Below, piece by piece: positions 49,089 through 60,000 of a stretch of DNA of 60,000 nt. The translations under genes were made by a program, and so were the position numbers. Source of the stretch: Botryllus schlosseri (Eukaryota); contig CM119373.1 in the NCBI GenBank assembly GCA_051294905.1, positions 3,474,001-3,534,000 on the forward strand, read 5' to 3'. Within the stretch, counting starts at the first letter, position 1, and the number at the start of each line of letters is the position of its first letter. The notes under the pieces were generated by a model. That model did not search any database. It saw nothing but the letters and a program-made list of their open reading frames with translations, and was not told the origin of the DNA.

Positions 49089-49545
49089 CTTTGCTTGCTT
49101 CAGACACTCCCGCGTTCAGTAACTTGCCTCTGTTGAACAACTCCCCGTCTATTTGGTTGATCACGTAGACCCGGTACTCAATTAGCTGCCGCTTCCATAT
49201 CGGGTGCATATGGGAGAGTAATGTGCGCAATTGCGATTCCCTGTTTCGAAGCGGAATGATGATCGCAACCTTATATTCTGATTTACAGTTTGGCGGAGAG
49301 AAGCCACCTCCATGCAATAGTCCGAAACTAGCTTCTGTTATACTTATCGACGAATGCGCAGCTGACAAAGTGGGAATTTTCACTCTTCCCAACAGGTCGT
49401 GTCTGCTGCAACTTGTCTGATTATGATTCCGAGCCACCTGCCACCATCCGGAGCCTTGCGGATACAGAAACAGCGATGATAATACTATGCTCAACGCAGT
49501 TAACACGCACAACATAGCGAATAAAAACACTGCTGTTTTCCACAT
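49089..49545 (-). CDS. GT7 gene, coding exon 1 (type II signal anchor + stem + catalytic N-part)
   Basis: N-terminal TM helix. KVAIIIPLRNR and YVINQ...FNRGKLLNAG motifs. Donor G|GTAAAC. The joined exons give 1059 nt / 352 aa in frame. Confidence 0.93.
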
Positions 49546-50360
49546 GGTTGTGAGGCACCGTTAGGCGGATTTGAGTATAAACTCTCATATACTATACAGG
49601 TTATTGTCACGTGAACGAGTGCATGTGCGCTGAGAAAATATATGAAGATTAGACTATATGGGTAATCCAAGCTAGGTCTGTCACTGATAACAGTCGACAA
49701 TGCGTATCAAGGTTACCATATATTGACATTCGGAAAATAGGTTAATTTTCCCCGTACAATCGTCTGGCTGCTGTCAGAACTATAAAGGATGACGAGTTGC
49801 CAAAAAGAGGACATCCGGAAGCCTTCCGAGGACCTTTTCGATTTCTGGAAAAAGAAGGACAACTCCTTCCGGAGGACGTATTTTTGTGAATCGAATTATG
49901 GGCACTCTTTTGCGCCCACTAGCGGATTTTACAATCGGGTATGGACACGTTGTCTGTCAATATGACGTCACACTAGCAAAGCTTCGCCTGTCGAGTATAT
50001 ACAGGAGTGGAATGAAACATAGGTTTTGAATTGAGCCATCTCTAATGTGAGCTCTGGTGATTGCATGGGTCTGCAACAGATTTCTTCACGGGCCGGACGA
50101 AATCGTCTGGTGGACCTTATCCGGTCCGCCAGTTGTGTGTTTGACAGCCCTGCTATACTGTGAGGTCGGTGAGGTTATCTGGTTGTGTGTTGTAACCAGC
50201 TCCGAAACAACATTTTTCAGCCACCTTTCGCCCAAAAAAGCACTTATCTTGGGCCCATCATGGGGTAATCCATGCAACCTCAAGCGGGCTTACTATAAGC
50301 ATCTGCTTGGTAAAATTTGTGAATGAATTCTGTCAATAATGTTGGTTCTTCCATATAGAC

Positions 50361-51460
50361 CAGGGGTGGGCAAACTACGGCCCGCGGGCCGCATGCGGCC
50401 CGCAACACCGTTCTGTGTGGCCCGCGAGAGTCTTGATAAAATGAGTACTAAAAATCGGATTAATGCAGGGACTTGATTAAACTTTTTCTTAATATACTTC
50501 ACAATGATAATTTTAAGGCAGTGGTTCTCAAACTGGGAGGCGAGAAAGCATCTGAAGGGGCCGCGAAGCTGAGCTCAACTAAAAAAAATTTCGCGCTATA
50601 CGCGATTTACATGCAATTCATATTTAAAATCTCATCCACAGTCGTAACCTCCTATGCCATCAAACTAGCCATTAGGTTTGCTAGCATCCTGTTTGCATTT
50701 TGTGATATGAGGATAAGGTGGGCGCGAAATATTTCACCATCATAAGGGGGGGGGGGGCGTGTTTTAAAAACTTTGAGAACCACTGTTCTAAGATAAATAC
50801 TTCGTACATTCATTCCTGGCGCGACAGCCCGATCTCAAGGCCCACATAGTTTGAAAGGTTTCAACTGCAAAACTTCACAAAAATCCTAAACGAGATTGAC
50901 ATAATTCGGATCACGAGTGTCAATTCAGATTGGCAACTCCAGTTTTAACTATTTCAGTGATGTGCTTAAAAAACGATTCGCGCGCGTCTTAGGTAGATTC
51001 GTCCTCTGTATGCGTATAATTAGGATATTTATATTTTATCTACACGCCGTAGAATCGTGTTTGAAGCTAACATGGTTATGATGCTGTCAGCATTGTGTGT
51101 CCTGGAACTAAACCAAATGTGCAATTAGTAAATCTATGAGCAGATCACTGCTCACAGATTTAAATTTCAATCCTGTTCTAAGAATCGACCACCGACTTTC
51201 ATATCTACTGTTTTGACAAATTGGTTATTAACGTCCAACCGCCAAAGAAACCTCGCATTTGTTCCTGACGCGTGTATGATATCATCAAAGCAATGTTTGG
51301 TTTGTTTTAAATAAGCATTCATGTTATCTCCATGTCCTCACTATATAATCAAATACGAATATTGCGTTTTGGTTTATAATCCCAATTTTATATAGTGCGG
51401 CCCGCGAATGGATTCAGATGTTGAATGCGGCCCGCGAGCTCAAAAGTTTGCCCACCCCTG
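50361..51460. mobile_element. hAT (Buster/Charlie-like) MITE with nested MITE at 50519-50785
   Basis: TIRs CAGGGGTGGGCAAACT / AGTTTGCCCACCCCTG. Perfect TSD atatagac. Confidence 0.9.
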
Positions 51461-53454
51461 ATATAGACGTATAAAATACACCAGTATATTGCACAATACA
51501 CATCCGGTGGTTTCCAACCTGTCATGGCCGCGAGCTCATTTCCAATTTGAAAATGTTCCGCGGTTCAGCTCAAAAAATGATAAGCTGATTAACAGAAAAG
51601 GTCAGCATGCCAGAATTACTGAAGCTGATGACGTCCAAGATCTTCGCGATCTCCAGAACAAAGGCAAACGACTAAACTAAAGCATCCAAACGGCGTTTAC
51701 CGACTCTAGAAATATACCGTTATCTTATAATTGCGATTCCAATTAAACTCCATTTCAGTCAATGATGGTTATTTTTATTTGTTTTCGATTGCAATTTTTG
51801 CGAGGGCGGTGCTGGGTTCCAATATCCATATCTATATGCGTCGGATTAAATAGCGCGTAGCACGAAAATAAACTTACAAATAGCATAAATTGCTTAGAAA
51901 TAATTATATTTATGTCTTGTGTATGAGTTAGCAACTATAATGTAGAGATGTAACGTACTAATTTTCTCATTACACACTATAACAGGGGTGTCAAACTCAA
52001 CTTGGGTCGCGGGCGGGATTCAAGAGTTTTAATCGCTCGCGGGCCGGACCAGTCAAATAATTTCAATGTGTTAGATCAAAATCCATATCGTTGTTTTCAC
52101 TGGAATGCGTAATTACCAACGCTATGCAGAATAGTATTATGCATTGTACCACAGATCATATGGGCTGAGGACTCTTATACGAGCAACACCGTTATTCGCA
52201 ATCAATAGAATTGGAAAAATAGATATTGACCGATTTAATTAGGGCGAAGTCGATGTCAGATCTTGATCCGGTGATATACAGCTATAACTGTAGTATTTAT
52301 TCAATATAAACTGCTTCTAGTTCGACTTGAAGTGCACATGTTCTGCCATGCTCGGTAATTTTCGCAGTCCAATAGCTTCAATATGTTATCGGTGGTTTTT
52401 GAATTTAATAATGACTATTTAATCGACTGCATAAGCTCGATATTTTTGTTATTCTGGTAAGATTTTCAGCTTTTAATTATCTTAGAATTAGAAACACAAT
52501 TTTATCCAGATTAGATTACAATTAGAATTATGAATATACAATTCTTTATAAATTAGATAAGAATCAGAATTACTCAATTGACAAAAACTTGGATATTGAA
52601 TCATGTTCAGTTCTTGTCAAATCATAGTCCATTATCATAAGCATGATATGAGAATGGCAAACGTCGGAACAGCAAGGTTAGTTCGATTCGCACTATACAT
52701 TTCTCCTGTAGTATTTTCAGGAAAACCAGATATTAGATTAGAATTAAGATTAGAGCATATAGAAACATTTCACAAATAACATTATAATGGCAAGTATAGC
52801 AAAGAAACATTTGACAATTCAGATTAGGATAATTACCGGCTTTCAGCTCTTATTATTCTAACCCAATGCTTTTCAGCGATTTTGAGCCCCATTCGCGCTC
52901 TTTCTTTGTAAAAATAGTTTCATCCGCACAGACCAACCAAACACAGGCATTCGTGCGAAACGCGAAGAATTGTTTTGCAAGAAATTCAATAAATACTACA
53001 TGCATATATAACAGACGCTGTGGTGCCATGGGACCCAAAGCTATACCCATTGCGACCAACGTTCCCTCTAATTCTTCACGAGTCCGCGCGCACCAACCCA
53101 CTGCGCGTTCCCTTGGACAACACTGTGTAACGACTAAGAGAAGGTCACCCCTTCTGCTTTTCCGTGCGCAGAGTCCGTGTCAGCACTGCGCGATTGCACA
53201 CGCTTGCATCATATAGGAAACAATGTTTGCGACGCATACTTCAATAACCCATCAAAGGGGGATTTGAGTTATATTAATGTACAAATGTGGGTGTGTATTT
53301 ATGATGATATTAGTGATGGTATTTACTATTATCTTCGCGTCTCGTCCATATCGAACCGTTATTACGAAAATATCATGATTGTTCAGAGAAAGAAAGCAGA
53401 ATGTCCATTTGGCGTCTTATTTTCCCGCGTGTCGCTGATTCAAACGTCCTAATG

Positions 53455-53872
53455 CAGGGGCGGGCAACTTCTCCAGTCGACGGGCCGTATATACGAAAAT
53501 TAAGTACTTGGCGGGTCGGATTGCTGAATCGATACATTATTCGCATATTAATCTACATGGACAATGAATAAATCGTATTTAATGAATACATTTATACGAC
53601 AACAATGTCACTTCAAATCCATTTCTCGCCAATGTCGATTTGGGAACAGCATTGTCGTACAGGCGCGCCACGTTTGCTTCTCTCTGATGAATCAACACAC
53701 AGTGCAATCATAGTAGGCCCATCCTATATGGTGTGGACACAAGCAAATCTCACGGCTCTGTAAAATTGGTCTACGGCAATTTTTGACCGGCTTGCCGAGC
53801 ATTAAATTTGATAAAATTGGTATCAATCGAAAGCTACGATCCGGCCCGCGGGTCGTATGTTGCCCGCCCATG
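53455..53872. mobile_element. hAT MITE
   Basis: Termini CAGGGGCGGGCAAC / GTTGCCCGCCCATG. Perfect TSD tcctaatg. Confidence 0.85.
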
Positions 53873-54144
53873 TCCTAATGCATTGTATACCTGCCACTAC
53901 ATCCGCTTTTGAACCGGACTTTTGATTACGCAATTATTATAGTGCACAATTATTAATTCACTATACGACTGGTGCGAGACTAAGTTATTGTAAAAGCTAC
54001 GATCAGGGCCGTAACAGCACTTCGTCAGCCCCCCAAAACGTTGGTCTTGGGCCCTCCATAGGGTGATAAACGGACTTATGGGGGGCTTCGCCCCCCAGAC
54101 CCCCCTCATCTTATACGTTGTTTACCGCTACTTATCATCTATAT

Positions 54145-55752
54145 CAGGGGTGGGCAACTTCTCCAGTCGGCGGGCCGGATATAGGAAAATTAAATACTTG
54201 GCGGGCCGGATTGCTGAATCGAAACATTATTCGTCCATTTATCCACATACACAAGGAATAAATCGTATTTAATGAATGTATTTTAATAGTGACGAACACA
54301 ATGTGGAATTGAGAACAGCATTGTCATACAGGCACCACCATGTTTTCTTCTCTCTGATCGATCGACACGATTCAATCCCTAATTAAGATTTGAAGGCGTT
54401 CGATAAGTCCGGTACCACAAATTCACCAAGATATCTCTTCATTAGAGTTTAGTACAGGGTTTGCCAACTTTTTGCCATTCAGGGCCGCATTTCGACTACT
54501 CAAGTAGCCTACGGCCGCATTCCAGGCATAGTCATAATGAACTATCTGGACGCCAAATACACATGCTAAAGTGTCCATGTCCTTTTCAGGTGAACTCCGG
54601 ATCTATTTAATCACATAGGCTTACTATACGCACCGACTTCGCGAGTGGTCACTGGTGACTGGTCAATGTGGTCATGTTATGGGCCGTACATAATCGCGCG
54701 AAGCGCGAAAATATTTTCTGATTCACCTATGAATTTCGTCATAAATAATAGTATTTTTCCTATTATTTCTCATCCCATGTCATCAGATTCAACTCTAGAT
54801 TTGATTTTTCGAAAATTAAGCCAAGATATAAATGATGATGCATCTTCGGGTGGGCCAATTATAATTAGTCACTTGGTTGCATCCTGTTATTTCTTGACCT
54901 ACCATCAAGATTGTCCGTAAAGTGAGGAGTACAAGACTCCGAGTTGGTACTTCTATATGAGGCGCATCATTTTCCTATGCTGTTCACGTCTGTACTGTGG
55001 GGCTATGATTGCAAAGGGCGCCACTATATTAAAATCGATAAACGAAGCCACATTGAATCGCGCGCAGCGCGAAGAAATTTTGAAGATTAATTAGGATCTC
55101 TCCAAAAATCGGGACTCTATTTGTAAATTCAAATTGCATGTCGACGGTGCCAACACATACGGTACTAATTGAATTACTTATTCACGGCCGCACAAATTTC
55201 CCTTCTACGGCCGCAGGTTGGCCACCCTGGTCTAGTAGGTGATGAGATATAGCGTGGTTGTTCAACTGTGTGGCCTATTTTATCTCGATATTGAATTCAT
55301 GCGGCCCGTGGCCTCTACGAAGTTTCAAAGTGGCCCGCGACCCGTTTCGAGTTGGCGACCCCTGGCATAAGTGATGTCTTACAAAAGCCTAGAAGTGTGC
55401 CGTGCTACAAGTCGACGATTATGGAATCAAAAATATGAAATATCGGCCTAGTGTAAATGACCATTGTAGTCGACAAACACCATGATTACCACAAATGACA
55501 TTCGGGTTGAGTACATCGTAAATGCCGATAATGCAAGTCTTCTCGCTTCGACTAACTTACGAGTAAGCACCACCCTCGCTCACTGCGCAGTGCGCATACA
55601 TGTGTATAATAACATACAGTCACTAAAATTTTACGTTTCCGCAAGTAGTAGCGAATCTCTGAATACTAGTGCCGCGGGCCACATTATCATGTAAGACAGA
55701 AAACTGTCCGCGGGCCGGATCCGGCCCGCGCGCCGTATGTTGCCTATCCCTG
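54145..55752. mobile_element. hAT MITE with nested MITE (54455-55229) and SINE remnant
   Basis: Perfect TSD atctatat. Same left end as 53455. Nested element has TSD gtttagta/gtctagta. Confidence 0.85.
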
Positions 55753-55799
55753 ATCTATATTGTATGTCTCCGTTTGACGTGTAAGTTTTTCTCGTCTAA

Positions 55800-56265
55800 C
55801 CGCGCGAAGCGCGAATTTTTTTTATAATTCATGATTGAATCGGTCAATATGATCGAGAATTGCATATATATTGCTATCAATTTTCATCCTTTCTCTGCTC
55901 ACGTAATCAGATTTACCGGTAGAGCGGAGTGAGGTGTGTTTGAAAAGTTAGGACCACTCAATAATAATTAAATATCTTCGGACGTATACCTGTTGGCAGG
56001 AACAAAACAGCACTTCGTCAGGCCCCGCAAAAAACTAGGGGCTTGGGCTCCCATAGGGTGATAAACCGACCCTCCCCCCATGACGTTGTTCGCTTTTACC
56101 GCGAAATTAGTTGTACTATTCAGTGAGCACGCGCCAAGCGCGAAAATTGTCAATAACTCATAATAAAATCGGTCAATAAGATCGGGAATTGCATATATAT
56201 TGCCATCAATTTCTTGTCCTCTCTGCTCGTGTTATCAGATTTACCGGTAGAGCTGAGTGAGGTGT
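55800..56265 (+). repeat. Diverged direct repeat (~140-bp blocks ~330 bp apart)
   Basis: aatcggtcaat...gaattgcatatatattgc...atcagatttaccggtagagc.gagtgaggtgt occurs twice. Confidence 0.75.
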
Positions 56266-57203
56266 CTTGGACACTGCAGGGCCCGTAAATAATAGGTTAA
56301 TTTAACATCTTCAGGCGGACGGACCCGTTGGTATGACTCCAATATGATGTTATTTCGTGAACTCCTGTCTGCTATATAAAAAATATAGAATCGCCATAAC
56401 GTAGGTTAAGAAACTAAAAGACGCACACGATTTCAAATTGGTATTTCTTCACTGGCATATAATATTTCCCTGCGGGATGGTATTTTTCTTGTGAGGTTCA
56501 GACTGCTAAGACAGGAACATTCGGCGTCGGTCATTTCGGCGCCTATGAACAATTAAACCTATACGTATCAGTATAAGCGCAGTTCTTTTCGGTCAAGGTT
56601 TTCTCGCTGCGGACCATTCTGGAACATTCCTTGGAGTCGCATGTTACATGGCCCAAAATATATATCTTGGTGCGTCGTGGCGCGGTAATGGCCAACGCCG
56701 ATATGCCCATTTCTATCTTGCGTATTTTTTTCTTGGGTAAAGAGTACTCAATAATCAAAATACTCGATAACTTGATATCGCGCAGAGCGCGAAAAATTTT
56801 TGAAAAAGCTGTATAAATTTTAAAAAAATACTTTATAATTTATGCTAATTCACGAAATAATTCTGGGCCGCCTTCGAGCTCGCCCCCGCCAATTGGGGGG
56901 TTTGGGGTGCGGCAGTTACGGTCCTGGCTACGATTAGTGGTGCGTCGTAAGTCAAACAAGTTGTTACAATTGCAAAGGCTATAGAGAGCCACTGCACTTG
57001 AATTTTCCATTAGATTTATATGAGTTATTCCACGTCCGACAAAGTGACAAACAAGGGTATAGAAATCGGTTTCAAATACGAAAAGTGTTATAAACATCAC
57101 ACCCCACATCATACCAATTCGCAGATTCAGCAATTGTGCCGGTATTCTTCTGCATACTCGACCTCAAATATAATTTTTTGTGTACCCACAACAACATATA
57201 GAC

Positions 57204-57660
57204 CAGTGGCTCCCAACCGGTGGGAAATTGAATAGTTTCTGGTGGGGAATAGACCCATTTGCTACCCATGCTATATACAGGAGAGTCTACATATTTACAG
57301 AGACACATGCGCGATTACTGTCACCAGTTAACTGCTCTGGAATGTACGTATCGAAAATTATATTGCGCACTGTTCACAAAAACTCATTTTAAATTCCGGA
57401 TGATCTATGATGGCGTCACAAACGCATCCAGCACGACCAGAATGGCGTTAAACAAAGTTTTCGCTAAATTTTGAGGTTCATTAGTTGACGTCGCAGTTAT
57501 ATAGGCGATTGTCTTGCGTACACTGGTGTGGTTGTGCGTCTTGTGTATGCTCAAACAAGCAAATAGCGGCTCCGTAATGACAAAAGCTTTGGGTAGTGGG
57601 GAATGAAGGCTCGGAATATATCTGAAGTGGGAATGAAGATAAAAAGGTCGGGAGCCACTG
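57204..57660. mobile_element. hAT MITE
   Basis: Termini CAGTGGCTCCCAACC / GGTCGGGAGCCACTG. TSD atatagac/atgtagac. Confidence 0.82.
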
Positions 57661-58254
57661 ATGTAGACTATCTGTTGTGATATGATCCAAAAATAGCCGA
57701 ATTGTACTGCCAATCGCCACACCAAAATAATTTTATGGATTGATCCGAAAAAGGATGTCATGTCGCAAGCATTCCTGCATCAGCTGGGTTAAGTAAAGTA
57801 TCACCTAGGTACCTAGTATACCTAGGTAAAATATCACCGGATACCACGATTTGTTTAGGCCTTGATCCTACACTACATATATCGGAAATATAAAATTAAA
57901 ATATAATTTGGTTAAGTAATTGTATTTACCACTGGAAATATCAGTGTTCAGTATGTAGTGGTATTCATACTGAAAGTGATAGTAGTATCGTGGAATATTG
58001 CGACTGCTATCTGTACAGCAAAATATTTCCTCACTTCACATAGTATGATTATGAATTTTTACATACCCAATGCTCATGTATAAAATCCAGTATTTAAGAC
58101 TGATACCGGCATGGACCAGAATTCAACCATGCACCATAGGCCTACAACCTTGTTTTCAACGTTAGATAATATTTTGCTCGCTTGAAACACGACTGGCTCT
58201 GAATATCCTGAGCTAAATGACTCCAAATCCTGCACGGTTGGCCCGGGTGGGACT

Positions 58255-59170
58255 AGAAATCGAATCTCGCATTTAGTGTATACGCAGTGTATGTTGTCTT
58301 GTTTTAACATGCCATTCCTTGTCCGGATGTGATGCTGTATCGCACGACAAAGGCCTACCATATCGCGTTATTCATACTTCGGAGGTCGTTTATTGTGAAC
58401 TATTGTTTCATTTTGGTGGCTGAACACTTAACAGTGAACAAGAAGTCACAATCCATTTTCGATCTACAAGAAAAACTCGTTCACAACAATATTGATTATT
58501 ATAATCAACTTCGGTAGGGCTACCCAACACAAGTCAGACCAAGATGAAGCCGGAGCTTAATGGCAATGCAGCGTGCTATTACTTCTACTCATGCCTTGGA
58601 TGCTGGAATGGTTTCAAAGTAAAGAAACTATAGCCTAATCCTAGTTTTAAAAAATAACGACTCAGTAGCCGAACAAAATCGACTCAAATGGTTAAAATCG
58701 ATTCTAGACTTCTACTTTGGTTGTCTCGGTGGTTGATTCCATTTGGAACATGAGTTTAATCGACAGAATAATTCAACACCTCGCAAGTAGGCTACACCAA
58801 TGGCATGTAGCGGACTAGATCAATAGTTTGTACGAGTCTGCTGCCAAACCTGCACCAGGATAACGAATGTATACCAATTCACGTTTCACCCAGTTTTAGG
58901 ACGAGAAATCCAATCTCGCAATAGCATATTGTATATGGAGCTTGTGCTATCGCGTTTTGTATGGCCACTTCTCGCGTCCGGACGTGGTGCTATATGTCGC
59001 ATGACAAAGGCTGTTCTCATCGCGCTATTCATACGTCATAATCGCATATTGTAAACAATTGTTTTTATATTAGTAGCGGAACAACGAATCACATTCCATT
59101 GTCTATTAGTCCATGCGATATGTTACAATAAGGCCTGCTTGTCAACAAATATAACTATTTGATAATAATC
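58255..59170 (+). repeat. Diverged ~250-bp direct repeat pair
   Basis: 58255-58505 resembles 58905-59170 (gaaatc.aatctcgca, gtccgga.gtg.tgct, gacaaaggc, tattcatac). Confidence 0.65.
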
Positions 59171-60000
59171 GCCTAAGGCGGTCGAAAATGTTCCCACCAT
59201 TTAGTACGTCATAATCACATATTTGACCTAAGGGATAACAAATTCTATTAAACTAGGCATTATTAGGCATGGTTGATGGGATGCATGGAATTGTTTTTTC
59301 ACCACCAGTCACAGGAAGAACAACATAATGAAATAACAAGAAACAACAAAAGTCAATTTATGTAATGCGATGTCTGCATTTGTTTATTTTCCACTAGCTG
59401 GTCGATGCGTAGCATACGTTTGCTCACAACGCACCAAAAGTCATGCATGGGCGCAACAAGTCGGTTTCGTTTCTTCGACTTGATAGTCATCAGAAGGGCG
59501 ATTTCTTTTTCCTAAAAAAGAGGGATATTTTGATCCAAAAAATCAAGATTTTGACATTTTTTTACCTTAAAAAGCTAAATTTTGACCAAATTTTGACCTA
59601 ACATATGCAAATTAGGTGTTTTCCCACATAATGTTAGAATCGTACTACTTATATTCACTCTGGTTGGAACTGTCCGTCCTTACGAAGTAGTTTGACCTGA
59701 AAAACCTTTTTCGCCTCAAAAACTGCAAAAGTTTTACATGAAAAAAACTTTATTTTTACGAAATCGGGCCCTATAAAGAATTCCAGTAGTTACATCACGT
59801 ATTATGGTATGTGCCATTATATATACCCTGTGTAAACGCTCGGTTACGGAGCCATAATGACTCCGGACTATCTGGTTGCAAGACCAGTCATGCGTAAGAT
59901 AGCATGCGGGATTGGGAAAAGAGGAAGTAATTGGGTTGGGTTGGGTTGTCTTTGTGTGGAGTTGTTACTGTGTTTGGATTGGATCGGAAGTATTATTGTA

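Noticed and set aside
59930..59948. (TTGGG)n as telomeric repeat
   Set aside because: Only about three units at the window edge, so more likely a microsatellite or retroelement tail.

Overview
Eukaryotic genomic DNA from an AT-rich metazoan, probably an invertebrate. The ~60-nt GT-AG introns and the repeat landscape would fit a tunicate, but that is a guess. The window is dominated by transposable elements. Two spliced host genes can be reconstructed by hand: a PLAC8/cornifelin-family gene (+, two coding exons, 117 aa) and a beta-1,4-galactosyltransferase (GT7)-family gene (-, five coding exons, 352 aa) with a 12-kb TE-filled intron. A 31-codon smORF missed by the ORF track (2478..2573) encodes a single transmembrane helix resembling sarcolipin/phospholamban-type regulins. 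The largest element is a very young Penelope-like insertion (5969..13166) made of an 802-bp inverted head, two identical 850-aa RT+GIY-YIG units and four minimal hammerhead ribozymes, one with a catalytic-core mutation. Also present are a second Penelope-derived ribozyme palindrome, an RNase H-bearing I-group LINE, L2/Crack/Daphne-type LINEs, a solo LTR, a tRNA-derived SINE, foldback elements and many nested hAT-type MITEs with 8-bp TSDs. All calls were made by eye; no database searches were run.
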